Positions 51,857-64,000 of a stretch of DNA of 64,000 nucleotides are shown here, one piece after another (position 1 is the first letter of the stretch; each line of letters begins with the position of its first letter). The DNA comes from the human T2T-CHM13v2.0 reference genome, Homo sapiens. The stretch lies in NCBI RefSeq assembly GCF_009914755.1, contig NC_060931.1. The stretch is one strand, 5' to 3'. Both the position numbers and the translations under genes were made by a program. The notes below the pieces were generated by a model, which was not told the origin of the DNA, did not search any database, and was given only the letters and a program-made list of their open reading frames with translations.

Positions 51857-53700
51857 CTTGTAAGGCCTTTGCAGTTGTTGGTGTCAATACAACACTTCCA
51901 GAATGCCTTCCCCTCCTTTTCCCACAGTCTGAACTGGTTTACACAGTGCTCAAAGTATCTGCGCTTTGAAGATCTGGTAGAATTTTCCCATGAAACTGGC
52001 TTGGCCTGATGCATCTTCTGTTTCTTTCCTCTTGTGGTGGGGGAGAGCAGCCATGGCAATTTTGGGACAACGTTTTTCTACAGTAATTGATCTGTTTAAA
52101 ATTTCTCTCTCTTCTGGAGTTGGGATTGATAGGTAACATTTCCCTAAAACGTCATTCATTTCCCACAGATTTTTAAGTTTATTAAAATGGAACTGAGATA
52201 TAATTCATAATTCTTTTTATAGAAATCAGACAAAACTCATAATTCTCAATTTTTTAATTTTTGCTTTTCTTTCCCATCGAGGTATACATAATTTACACGC
52301 AGTAAACTTCTCAATCTTATGTGCACAGCCTGATGGCTTTTTATACATGTCTTCACCTACGTATCCACCGTCCAGATCAGGACACAGAATTCTCAGCACG
52401 CCTGAAAGCTCTCGCATGCTCCTGCTCAGTCAATAGCTCCAGGTAATTAGTCTTGTTTCCTATTTTGGATGGTGATACTTTCTATCAATTTTTTATTAGA
52501 ACTGTGAATAATTCATATGTTTTATTGGTTTTATTTCAAATAACAGGTATTTGGACTTATTTATTATTTCTACCATTTTTCACTTTCCTATTAACTTCTG
52601 CTTTGATCTTTACAAATTCCTACCTTTTTGTTTCACTAAGGTTTACTTTCCTTTTGTTCTCTGACTTCTTGGGTTGAAGGTCTAATCCATATATTTACAT
52701 GCTTTCTTGTTCAATGATATAAATATTTAAACTTGTGAATTTAGGTGGTTCCCACAGGCTCTGATGAGAAGTGTTTTCATGACAATTATTTTCTACATCT
52801 TATGCACTTTTGAATCGTACTTCTTTGAACCAAGAATTGTTTAAGACACAGTGTTTTGTTCTGTTTGGGTTTTGTTTTTTAAATTCCAAGTGTTAGGAGC
52901 TTTTTTTTCCCTGATTTTGTTCTTGATTTCACATCACACTGCAATCACAAGAAGTTGTATTAGTTCTACTTATTTTAATTTATAAAGGCTTTCTCTATTA
53001 CCGAATACACAATTAATCTTTGTGAATGTTTTCTATGCACTCCTTTTAACATGAGTATATTCTCTAATTTGGGGGATATGGGTTTTACGCACATATGTAT
53101 TTTTCTGTTTTCCATTATTCTTTGCCCACTTGCTATATCGCAGATTAGGACATAAATCCTGCTACTGGCATCTTTGACAATTTCGCCTTGAATCTTTCCT
53201 CATTTCTGCTTTTCCCAACAGCGGTGATGTGTTATTTGGCTAACCCATCTGAACCTCACTGTGAAAAGCGCCCACCTTTGTTTCTGAGCGGCTTCTGGCT
53301 TGAACTCACACTGCATGGAGATCATAGCTCCTGCTTTCCAGGTTCACTTCACCAGGATGCCTTTGCTTCCCGTACTTTCCAACATGTTTGGTTTTGCTTT
53401 GCAATCCAATCAGGAAGTCCTTTCCTTTTAATAGGAGAGTTTAGTCCAACTATAACTGGATTTGTGTCTATTTCTGTTGTATTATGTTGTTATGCTTTCG
53501 ATTTTGTAGCTTTTACATCTATCTCATTCTGTGGCCTTTTTAATCTAGTTTACTTTTTTGCGTGTAATTCTCTCGAGGCTTAGAAAAGTGTGCATGTTTT
53601 ACCCTGGTTGCTTTTATAACTCAGCTTTGTTTCACACCGATACTTTCCTACTAGACAGTACCTACTGTATCTCCTATGTTGGGTGCCTAACTAGTCAGAT
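51200..53700 (-). mobile_element. Degenerate old L1 ORF2 region
   Basis: T-rich; tggacatcct, ttcctattttattaagagtttttaatcaagg..gtgttggattttgtcaaa, and tggtagaattttcccatgaaac. Confidence 0.7.
51747..51853. repeat. (CA)n/(CG)n alternating purine-pyrimidine microsatellite
   Basis: tgcgcgtgcatgcacacacac...gacgcgcgcgcacgcgcgcgcacacacacacacac. Confidence 0.95.
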
Positions 53701-53730
53701 ACATCATCCTCCCTGTTGAACTTTATAGTC

Positions 53731-54180
53731 TGTGACGGTTCATTCCATGTGTCCACTGGACAGGACCTGGGGTACTCAGATCAAAACACTTTCTGGGTGT
53801 GTCTGGGAGGGTTTGTGGATGAGATCAGCATTTGAATCGGGGACTCAGCAGACGGCCCCGGGCAGCATGGGTAGGCCTCCTCCAACCCCTTGAGGCCGGA
53901 ATGAAATGAAAACTGGAGGAGGCGACCGTTCCTCCCTTGCCTGCCTGGTGGCCTGAGCGGGGCAGCTCCCGTTTTCCGCCCAGGACTGGGGCTTTCACCA
54001 CAGGCTCCGCTGGTTCTCAGGCCTGCAGAGCGGACTGGGCACAGCACAGGCTCTTCCAGGTCTGCTGTGCGCAGATGCAGACCACGGGATCCTGGCTCCA
54101 TGGCCAAGAGCGAGGCCCTCACAGTCACTCTCTCGGGATAGACCAGTCTACCGCACCTGGTGCTCTAGGGAGCCTAACAT
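53731..54180 (+). mobile_element. MLT2-like (ERVL) LTR
   Basis: tgtgacggttcattccatgtgtccactgg...ttctgggtgtgtctgggagggtttgtggatgagatcagcatttgaatcgg. Confidence 0.75.
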
Positions 54181-54973
54181 GCAGCTCGATCTGCTCTCCC
54201 CACCTGATACTACCTTTAGATGGTGTGTCTGTGTCTTCGGCTCTCAACAGCGAAGCCGCCATCCTCATGTTCTCTCCTCCCTCTGCCATCCTGACACTTC
54301 TTTTTGAATACATGACATGTAGCACTTACATTTCCAGGCTTCCACATTCACTTCATCTTCCAATTCAGGAGATGGAACTCTTGCTGCGGGTTCTTTAGGT
54401 AGTTTTCCCCGTGATTCGCCTCCCCGTGCATCCGGTCACCTTCCTTCCTGTACTGCCCCCTCTCCTGCTCTGAGACCCTCCGGGTCCTGTCTCATGCACC
54501 CCCCGGCCTCACCGTCTCTTCTTGGAGCGTGTGCGTTCCGCCCAAGCCTCACAGACTCTACCGCCTCGTTAACTTTTGTTTCTTGGCAAAATGTCTGGAT
54601 AGAATTTTCATCTGCTCAATGTCCACCGTTTTTCTGTGAAACTTTTTCTGCCACTTGTTTTTGTTCTTTTTCTCCTTTGCTCTAACACAAATGCATGGAG
54701 TAACCTTTACTGCTCACTGCTGAAGATGAGTTTTATTGAATCCGGCTCCGTGCACAGGTTCACAGTGGGGAAGGACAGGCCTGCTTCCTTTTATCTGAAA
54801 TCCAGTGACAGTTTTGCTGCGAGTCCAATCAGCCCCCAGTAGCTCCCTCCGGCAGGAGAGAAAGGACACCGTGAGTTTTCCTAAGAGCAAATGTTCTGTC
54901 TGCCACAGATGCGGCTTCAAGTACGTGTGATGCACCTGTGTGACCCCTCAGCTCAGCACCAACCTCTGCTGCA

Positions 54974-55220
54974 GCTTGGAACCACACGCCAGTCCAGCTT
55001 GGAACCACACGCCAGTCCAGCTTGGAACCACACGCCAGTCCAGGGACCCCCGTTCCAGCTGCCGCCGGCCCCCGCACTGCGGAGCCAGGGTCAGGGGCCG
55101 CCTCTCGCAAGGGCTCACGCCGGCAAGGGAGTTCTACTCCGCGGCTCCCTCGCGCCGGCAAGGGGGTTCTACTCCGCGGCTCCCTCGCGCCGGCAAGGGG
55201 GTTCTACTCCGCGGCTCCCT
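54974..55220. repeat. Two adjacent short arrays: 23-bp x3 (54974-55043) and 35-bp x3 (55117-55220)
   Basis: gcttggaaccacacgccagtcca and cgccggcaagggggttctactccgcggctccctcg. Confidence 0.9.
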
Positions 55221-57644
55221 CATGGAGCTGCCTCCACCCGCACTGCTCCAGGCTTCCCCGGGGATGTGTCTGCTCACTGCGTCTGCTCACTGCACTCTCC
55301 TGCACCACGGGCTTCCTGCCTCTGCCTGGGGCTTGGTTTGCAGCTGCATTTCTGTTTTGTCAAAATTTAAGTGCCATTTTGGTTTTCACGCTTCTTGTTA
55401 TTTGTAGATGATTTCCAGGAAACAAGGGGGAAATGCTGACGTGTGCCACAATGTTCAGAGCAAAAAATCAAGCCCTTTTATTTTAATGTGTAACCTTAGA
55501 CTCATAAGTAAGCTCCCAACTGTATTCTCAGAGTAGCCAATGCCTGCCCCCTTGAGCCTGTGCCCGACACCCCCAGCCATGCTGCAGGTCCTCCACCCAC
55601 CCTGCACCTCCCCGCCAGGCCAGCTCTCACCCCTACATCCCCCTCCAGGCCCATGGCACAGGACAGTAGCCACAGAGGGCCAGACCCATGATCCATGTCT
55701 GTGGGCCACCTTCCACCTACACCCCCCGCTCCCATCCACCATTTAGATCCAGTGGAAATGCCGCCTTCCCCACAATCTGTCCTGGCAGCTCCCTCACCCC
55801 TCCCCTGCCAGCTGGAAGTGCCCACCCCCACTCCTCTGTGACCGCACCCTCTACTCCACCACACCACATGGTGACTGGGCACGTGACTCTCCTCCCCACT
55901 GGATGGGACGTTCCCTGGAGGAGACGTGGTAACCATGTAGGGCCCCATTGCCAGCACAGAACCTGGCACACAGTCGGTGCTTGGACGGGCACACGGGTGG
56001 GCAGATGGTGGGCACAGACGCGGCAATGGCCACTTCCCAGGCACGTCCAGCGTGTGTGCGGCCGAGCTCGGAACGGGGAGGTACTGGGGCGGGTCTAAGT
56101 ATCCCGGATGAAGCGAAGAGAGCCGCCCATGCTGAGCACACAAGCCCCGGAGTCTGCTCTGCTGTCCGCCAATTTGAGAAGCCGTGTAGACATATCAGTA
56201 TTTAAGGGAAGGAAAGCCATCGGGGAGGGGGGGAGAGGCAGGTGGGGGAAGAGCAAATGCGAGGATGGTCCCGGGGTGCTCTCGGCACCAACTGCAGTGC
56301 CCTCGCCCAGCCGCCGGGCCCGCACGGCAGGTCCACGGCCGCCCAGCAGCCCCGGCTCCACGTCTTTTCTCCTGTGGGCTCGGCAGCCGAGAGTGGAGGG
56401 TGCAGAGGGCTCCTTGTGAGGACCTGTGGGACTCGCTGGCAGGGCACAGGCCCGGGGCAGCAGCGTTCTCAGAGGTAACTCACAGGCACCTGTGCCTCCA
56501 GCCCTCACCGTGACGACGGGGATACCACCACCTGTCCCTGGGTGGGAAACCCGGGCTCCCAGGCACGGGACCATGTCTGAAGCTCCGATCTCTGGGGCAG
56601 CCTACAGCCTAGGGAGGAGGCTGAGCTGGCAGGAAGTCAGGCAGGCCCCTAGGAGGCATCCTCACCGAGGACCTGTAGAACACCTACTCACACCCGGGGC
56701 AGGCCCATGAGAGGCGAGGAGCGGCAGGAGGCCCGTGAGGGAGGGGAGACCCAGAAGAAAAGGAGTAGCAGGTAGATGGAGCAGCGTGCGGAAGCACGGG
56801 TGGGAAGGTGGGATCCAGGAAGAGGGCGCTGGGGACAAGGAGAGGGCCCTGCTGAACGCTTCCTGACATGGCGGAGGGCCCATTCATTATTCATCCAATG
56901 GTCACAGAGCAAGACTCACCTCCCACACCTCCCAGGGGCAACTCTGCCGCTGCATCAGGCAGCGCACACAGCAGCCCGGCCGTCCCCCGTTCAGGTGGCA
57001 CACAGCAGCCCAGCCATCCCCACCACAGGGACCTGAGGCCCAGGCACTTTGTGGAGCGCCCAGCCTACAAGACTTCAGCGCAGACAGATCAGGGCCCCAC
57101 CAATGCAGTGACAGGGCAGGGAAGCCCTCCAAAGCCAGGCCTGGGGACAAGACACTGCTCTGGGCCTGGCCCAGGCACAGAGCACTCAGTACCTAAAACT
57201 TCGTTTTCTGTGTTTACTCCCTCATGCCTGTGTCACGGTGGCTGTGAAGCAGCAGCACAGTCCCTGACGGACTCTCTGGAGGACCCGGCCGCGCTCCAGG
57301 GTGGCCCAGGCGCACAGCGTGGCTGGGGAGGGCAGCGCCACAGGCAGACTTCTTGGGAAGGGCCGTGATCCCACGGCAAAAGCCTGGAGGACAGGATTCC
57401 CGGCGGCCAGGGCTGCCTTCCAGGGGCCCTGCGTGTGCTCCGGGCAGTCCTAGCACTGAGCCTATCCTGTGGAAATCATTCTCTCTGGCCAAACCCTGTG
57501 CCCGCACCAGGCTGCAGGAGGCAGGGCCACGTGTGCCTGGCCCCTCCATGCCCCTTCCCAAGGCCCACAGATGGCCATCTCCTCCCTGACAAGGCCCTGA
57601 TGCCCAGCAAGACTGAGAGCCCTTCCTGGGCTGCCTCACAGGAG

Positions 57645-57928
57645 CCCCTTATATCACATACCTGAGAAGGGTCTAGTGTCTAGCACACATGAAGACTTAC
57701 CACTAACCAACAAAACAACCCATTTACAAAGTGGGCAATGGATGGGGCAGACACTTCTCCAGAGAAGACAGATGCGTGGCTGATAAGCACAGGGTGAAGT
57801 TCAGGACCACTGGCCTCAGGGTAACGCAAACAAAGCCACGGGAGCCACTCCACACCCGCCAGGACGGCTCTAACGAAACGTGGAAAATTTCACACCCGCC
57901 AGGACGGCTCTAACGAAACGTGGAAAAT
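57645..57928 (+). mobile_element. Old L1 fragment ending in a ~41-bp perfect duplication
   Basis: aaacaacccatttacaaagtgggcaa...cagacacttctccagagaaga; cacacccgccaggacggctctaacgaaacgtggaaaat x2. Confidence 0.65.
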
Positions 57929-58287
57929 GGCGGCACCACTGTCACTTCTCTCACGCCCAGGAGCGTTCATTTGTGTCCTCTTAGTTACGATTAGTCTGGC
58001 TAGAGGTTTATCAATTTTATCTCACAGAAACAGATTTTGGTCTCATTTACGGAACTCAACTGTATGTTTGACTGAGATGAAGCAACCTGTTGATCTCCGG
58101 TGGGGCCGACAGGGAGAGGGGAGCAGAAAGCCAGGCACGGGCTGGGAGCCCTCGGCGGCGGGAGCCGCCTCACCCTGGAAGACGGAGCTCGCACAGCAGC
58201 ATGTGCGCTGCCCAGACCCAAACTGGAACAGGTGTGGGGACCCTGGGAGAGCAGCCTGAGCGCGAGCACAGACGTCCCGGCAGCGCT

Positions 58288-58445
58288 CCAGCCTCAGCGT
58301 GGACCAGCCCCAGCGTGGACCAGCCCCAGCGTGGACCAGCCTCAGCGTGGACCAGCCTCAGCATGGATCAGCCTCAGCACAGGTTGGCTTCAGCATGGAT
58401 CAGCCCCAGCGTGGCCCGGCTTCGGCATGGCCCAGCCTCAGTGTA
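58288..58445. repeat. Minisatellite, 16-bp unit, ~10 copies decaying rightwards
   Basis: cagcgtggaccagcc(c/t) repeated. Confidence 0.88.
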
Positions 58446-59359
58446 GGCCGGCTGGCCCCATGTTCCTCTGCCTACAAGGTCCCTCCCTCCTGGAGTACAG
58501 GCCTGGCCTACCAGATCCACTCATAGCCCCAACCTTCATGAAACATTCATGCTAATGGTCCTTGTGGCAAACTCACTAGCGCAGCATAACCTTTAAATAG
58601 AGACCTTGCATTCGGTTTAATTTGGGAAGATGCAGGGTGTGCTCCCAGGCGCCTTCCCTAATGCCACAAACTAATAACAAGAGGAGGAGCTGGGTAACTC
58701 CCCCCACCGCAATTCTAATTAACGAGGCTGCCGCTGAGTGCCAGAGTGAGGGCGTCCACATGCGCGTGCACCCGCCGCCTCATCGCCAACTCACGTGGCA
58801 TCGCTGAGTCTCAGCTGCAACCTGTGCCCGGGAGGTGGTGAGGCTGAGGCCCAGAGCCTCACAGAACCCTGGCTGCAAGGTGAGGGCCCACATCCCAGGG
58901 CTCCCTGGGGCTGACTGGGGCAGAGGCTCCAGGTCTCCAAGAGATGAGAGGGTGCTGAGGCCACAGCTGGGCATCCTGGCCAGAGGCCACCTTTCCGCTC
59001 AACTCTGCACCCTCTGGCACCAGGAAGCCTTCTGGAGTGGCTGTGGCTTCCTAAGGAGGCCTCGGGGGGATCTTAGGTGGAGTCCACTCTCCAGCTTCCT
59101 TTCCAGCCTGGAGGAGACACAGGCACTGTGGGCCATGGACAGCCCCCTTGGCTCACCCAGACATTTCCTCGTGAGCACAGATGTGCGCCTGAGCTGGGAA
59201 ATGCTTTCTCCTCAGAAAAAAACAGCCCAGCCGGAGGGCATGTCCCGGCCGAATGTTCGCCTGATGCACCGCCCCTGGGATGAGGCCGCTGCAGAACCAG
59301 AGCAGCTTTGCTTGGAGGAACCGGGGCCTCACCACCAGGGCTGCAGCGTGCCCAGGGCC

Positions 59360-59648
59360 GCCACTGCTGGCCTCACGAGCACCGCTGGGTGCCTGAGCAC
59401 CTGCCCCACCAGAGCGCCACTGCTGGCCTCACGAGCACCGCTGGGTGCCTGAGCACCTGCCCCACCAGAGCGCCACTGCTGGCCTCACGAGCACCGCTGG
59501 GTGCCTGAGCACCTGCCCCACCAGAGCGCCACTGCTGGCCTCACGAGCACCGCTGGGTGCCTGAGCACCTGCCCCACCAGAGCGCCACTGCTGGCCTCAC
59601 GAGCACCGCTGGGTGCCTGAGCACCTGCCCCACCAGAGCGCCACTGCT
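59360..59648. repeat. Near-perfect minisatellite, 56-bp unit, ~5.2 copies
   Basis: gccactgctggcctcacgagcaccgctgggtgcctgagcacctgccccaccagagc starts at 59360, 59416, 59472, 59528, 59584 and 59640. Confidence 0.95.
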
Positions 59649-61997
59649 CTGACTTCCACGCTGGATACCCAGCCCCATTTACACTCACGGAGGAGCGTTG
59701 GGAAGCCAGATGGGTGGTGTCTCTCTATGTGGCTTCCAAGGGCTCCAGAACCTTCACTGGGATCAATGAGGCTGCCTCCTCAATAGGAGCAGTTGTTAAC
59801 GCTGGGGAAGGGGAACAGGTGTCAGAAACCTTTTGAAGATGGCAACTGCTCTCTGGAGAAAAACGTGTGCAAGTAACGGAAATGTGTATGCAGCCTCAAG
59901 CGCTTTGTGGAGAACTGAGCACCTGCCCTGGGATGCTGGATAAAGAGCCCCTGCTTAGAAACAAGCCTGAATTTGAAAGCTCTCCCTACAGAAAGGGCCT
60001 CCCTCCCTCCTATCAGCTCCAATCCTACATCTGCCTTTTTAGGACATCTGAGGCCACCTCCTGTCCCTGTGAAGCCTCTCACTGTGGAAGTTAACTCTGC
60101 TGGGGGAGCTTGGGGAAGGCTGTCTGCCAGGGCTGCTGGCTGAATCACAGGCAAAAACAAGCCCCCAGGCGGCCCAGTCCAAGGGAAAGTCCCAGTGTCT
60201 CCAGGACAGGTGGATGTGAGGATGGCATGGGCTCTACGTCAGGGAGGCAGGCGGCAGGGGCAGGGGCAGGGGCAGGTGACACCATTGTGGGCCTGGGGCC
60301 AGAACGGGATCAGCTTATGGAAGATACACGTAGCTGAGAAAAAGCTTAAGCCAGAAAGGGCCACTGCAGAGACACGACAAGTTTAAATCACAGGAAAATG
60401 CTTCGTACTTAGGATGAGGGTACTATATTTCCCCTATACAGAATTACTCCCATAATTTTTCAAGATAAATGAACCGATTTCCTTTCTCGTGGTTATTATA
60501 GACTCGATCTAAGTTTCGTGGAGTGGAATGCACGGGGGACTTCACTGCTCTGAGTCTGAAGTGCCCACCTTCTCCTCATCCCCGCCCCCAACGCCCAAAA
60601 GATGCCCCCATGGGTCATATGGCAAGTGTGCAGACAGCAGTGACATGCAGGTGTCTGAGATTCTAAACCACCCAGGAATAACCCTAGTAAGCAGTGGGCA
60701 GGACCCACAGTGCAGGGAGGGCACAGGGCTTCTGGGGGAGCCACAATGCAACCAGCTTGCCTTCCCATGTCAGTCCGCAGACCAAGGCAATGCAAGAGGA
60801 CTGGCAGGAACCTTGGCAAGCTCCCTCTAAAGTTTACCGGAAAAAACATTGGAGAATATCTAAGATCATTCTGAAAGAGAAAATAACACAAAGGTCACGA
60901 CGTATCAGACACACTCTGAGGCTCTGCTAGCTCACACACTGTGGCACTGGCCCAGATAGAAAACAAGCTTACGCCTTCCCTCTGCACTGAGATTTTCTTC
61001 TGTTTTTTGGAGGAGAAGCAGGGATCCAAATCCTCTACAACCAAGGCTCAGACATTATGCCTGAGAAATCTATTTTCTGGGCGAAGAAACCATCTTCTCA
61101 GCTACTTTTTCTAAAATGCAGATGATCCTTACAAGGTAACGACATTAAATCACCAGCATCTTCTCATAAGATCTTTGCAAACTGGTAAAAACTGAAAAGG
61201 CTGGGTCCTCACACTGGGAAAGGGGACAGAGGGAAGATGAAGCATCCTCCTCCCACCTGTCCCCACTCAGCACTCGGCAGATGCTTTAAACTCCCCAGCT
61301 GAATGCCTGGCCCTGGGCTAACGCTGGAGCCCCAGAAAGCCCTGGGTCCTGTCCTGGTGGATTTCACAGACAGCCTGATATGAGGAAGCCCCTGCAACTG
61401 CCCTGGCCACAGGGTCTGGGGTCAGCCTGCCTGGGTGTGAACCCTGGAGCACTCTCCACCACTGCCGGTGCCAACACGGGCAGGTCACTAATCCTGGCTG
61501 CCCCTGTTCCTCGTCTGAGTATCTGGGGCCACAACCAGCTTGTGGGTTTGCTGCCAGGATCACAGGGGGATAATCTGTGTAAACAACAAGTGTGTACTCA
61601 TGACATGGTGAGCAACAGCACACACTGGCTTTGCACGTGCCACCGCCACACCCAGGGCAGCACAGGGACGATGGTGGCGGTGATGGTGAAGGTGCAGGCC
61701 CCGTGAAGGCAGGGAGGGAAGAGCGTGTCTGCGATGCAGGGGCAGCAGCACGGGTCCAGCTCAATTCCCAGGGGGCCTGAGGCTCCGCTGAACTGAAAAG
61801 ACATCCTCAGAGGGGGAGCAGCACAGGGATTGCTTGGAAGGGCGTGAGAAGATGTGCTCAGAGGGTGGGGACATCACCGTAGGCAGGGCAGGCCCATCGG
61901 GCACTGAGGGACCAGGCAGAGACCCCCCAGTAGGAGGACTGGGCAGGGCAGTGAGCGCCCACCGGGTCTCACACAGCAGGAGGGAGGTGGGCCCATG

Positions 61998-62470
<473 letters not shown>

Positions 62471-63549
62471 CAGCCACAGGGTCTCTGTTCCCTCAGACAA
62501 CAGCCTAGAAGAGGCACTCAACAAATGCTTGCTGAATTAGACAACTTCCCTCCAATGCAAGAGGCATTTAAAGCAAAGGTTGCTCCATGTGACACCTGCT
62601 GTGGCCAGCACGATTCCTTCCACTCTGTGGAGAAGCCTCGGGGGGCACCTCGGGGCACGCACTGAGGATGAGGCTGGACGCAGGGAAACCTGAGCTGGTG
62701 AACGGGCAGCGAGCCTGGAACCAGCCCCGGGGCTGCTGAGGAAGATCAGGCCCCTGTTCTCACCCAGAATCACTTCCCAGAACAGCCTGGATCTTCCCAG
62801 CACACGAACTCACTTAGCTTTGTGAGACTCCAGGGAGGCTCCCCGCTTCCTCTCTCCACCCTGAGGACCAGGCAGTGAAGCACCTGCCTGTGGCCACACA
62901 GCAAGAGAGGTGACAGGTGTGGCTGAGGGAAGGGACCAGTTGTGTGGGATGGAAGGGCGGGCGCAGGAGCCCCAGGCGGGGGGCCCAGGAGAGGCCGCCT
63001 CCAGGGCTGGAGAGGAGGAGAGTGAGCTAAGGACACAGTCTCAGACTTTGAGCCATTCCCCAGACCTGCCCCAGACACATCCCTGGCCCCAAAGAGCCTC
63101 TCCAAGCTCAGGACACCTGCACACCAGGGCGCGCGGGGACATACATGCTGGTGCAGCGTGAACTGAACAGGTTTCCAGGGACCAGGAGGCTGCCAGCAGC
63201 CATACAGAACCCCGGTGCCACCAGCCATACAGAACCCCGGTGCCAGCAGCAAGCCCCTCCAGCATGCCAAGCACGAAGCACTCCAGTCAGAAGTAGCACT
63301 TCGTCGTGGAGCAGGATGGGTCCGGAAGGTGAAATGAGGTACTGTCAGTTACCACACCAGGAGGCTCTCATGATCATTCATCTGCAGGCACTGGCCATGC
63401 TGCTGGATGTGACCAGACAGATTCCGGGCTGGGCACAGCCATGAGGACCAGCACTGACGAGGGGCTCACAGCTGCCTGGTCCATCTTCAGTAGCAGCACC
63501 AGTGAAGATAGAGGCACCAGCCACGCCTCCCGTGTGTGCCGGGCCCTGC

Positions 63550-63941
63550 CGGTCTACACACAGCTCCTGGGCATGCAGGGTCCCCCGGGTCTACACACGG
63601 CTGCTGGGCGGGCAGGGTCCCCCCGGGTCTACACACGGCTCCTGGGCGGGCAGGGTCCCCCCGGGTCTACACACGGCTCCTGGGCGGGCAGGGTCCCCCC
63701 CGGGTCTACACACGGCTCCTGGGCGGGCAGGGTCCCCCCGGGTCTACACACGGCTCCTGGGCGGGCAGGGTCCCCCCGGGTCTACACACGGCTCCTGGGC
63801 GGGCAGGGTCCCCCCCGGGTCTACACACGGCTCCTGGGCGGGCAGGGTCCCCCCCGGGTCTACACACGGCTCCTGGGCGGGCAGGGTCCCCCCGGGTCTA
63901 CACACGGCTGCTGGGCGGGCAGGGTCCCCCGGGTCTACACA
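63550..63941. repeat. GC-rich minisatellite, 38-39-bp unit, ~10 copies
   Basis: gggtctacacacggctcctgggcgggcagggtcccccc repeated, with C-run length variation. Confidence 0.95.
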
Positions 63942-64000
63942 TGCCTCACTGGGAGTCTCTTCAGGGAAGCTCCGCCGGTGTCCTCAGCCTCCCATGAGAA

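Noticed and set aside
58288-58445. REST/RE1-like look of the 16-bp repeat (TCAGC..TGGAC)
   Set aside because: Spacing and core do not match TTCAGCACCnnGGACAG.

Overview
Human (primate) genomic DNA lying entirely inside the MAD1L1 gene (mitotic checkpoint protein MAD1, subtelomeric 7p22.3), which is transcribed on the minus strand. Only three short coding exons fall in the window: 49127-49215, 26303-26393 and 5453-5663 (89, 91 and 211 nt). They are conventionally exons 15-17 and encode about L473-A602, including the MAD2-interaction motif KVLHMSLNP. The last exon carries the His558 allele. The rest is GC-rich intron with old L1 fragments, Alus, LTRs (LTR12, THE1, MLT2, MLT1/MST, one unassigned) and an unusually dense set of minisatellites and local duplications. 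Almost all long ORFs in the track are repeat or GC artefacts. The most interesting signals are: (1) a minisatellite built from copies of the exon-15 3' end and splice donor, one copy of which gives a stop-free in-frame 46-aa extension; (2) a sense-oriented LTR12 promoter upstream of exons 16-17 that could make an N-truncated MAD1; (3) exons 15+16 form a 180-nt stop-free frame-symmetric unit; (4) UG-rich and A-free repeat arrays surround the exon encoding the MAD2-binding motif. All functional interpretations are hypotheses. Exon numbering, residue numbering and repeat families were recognised by eye, not computed.
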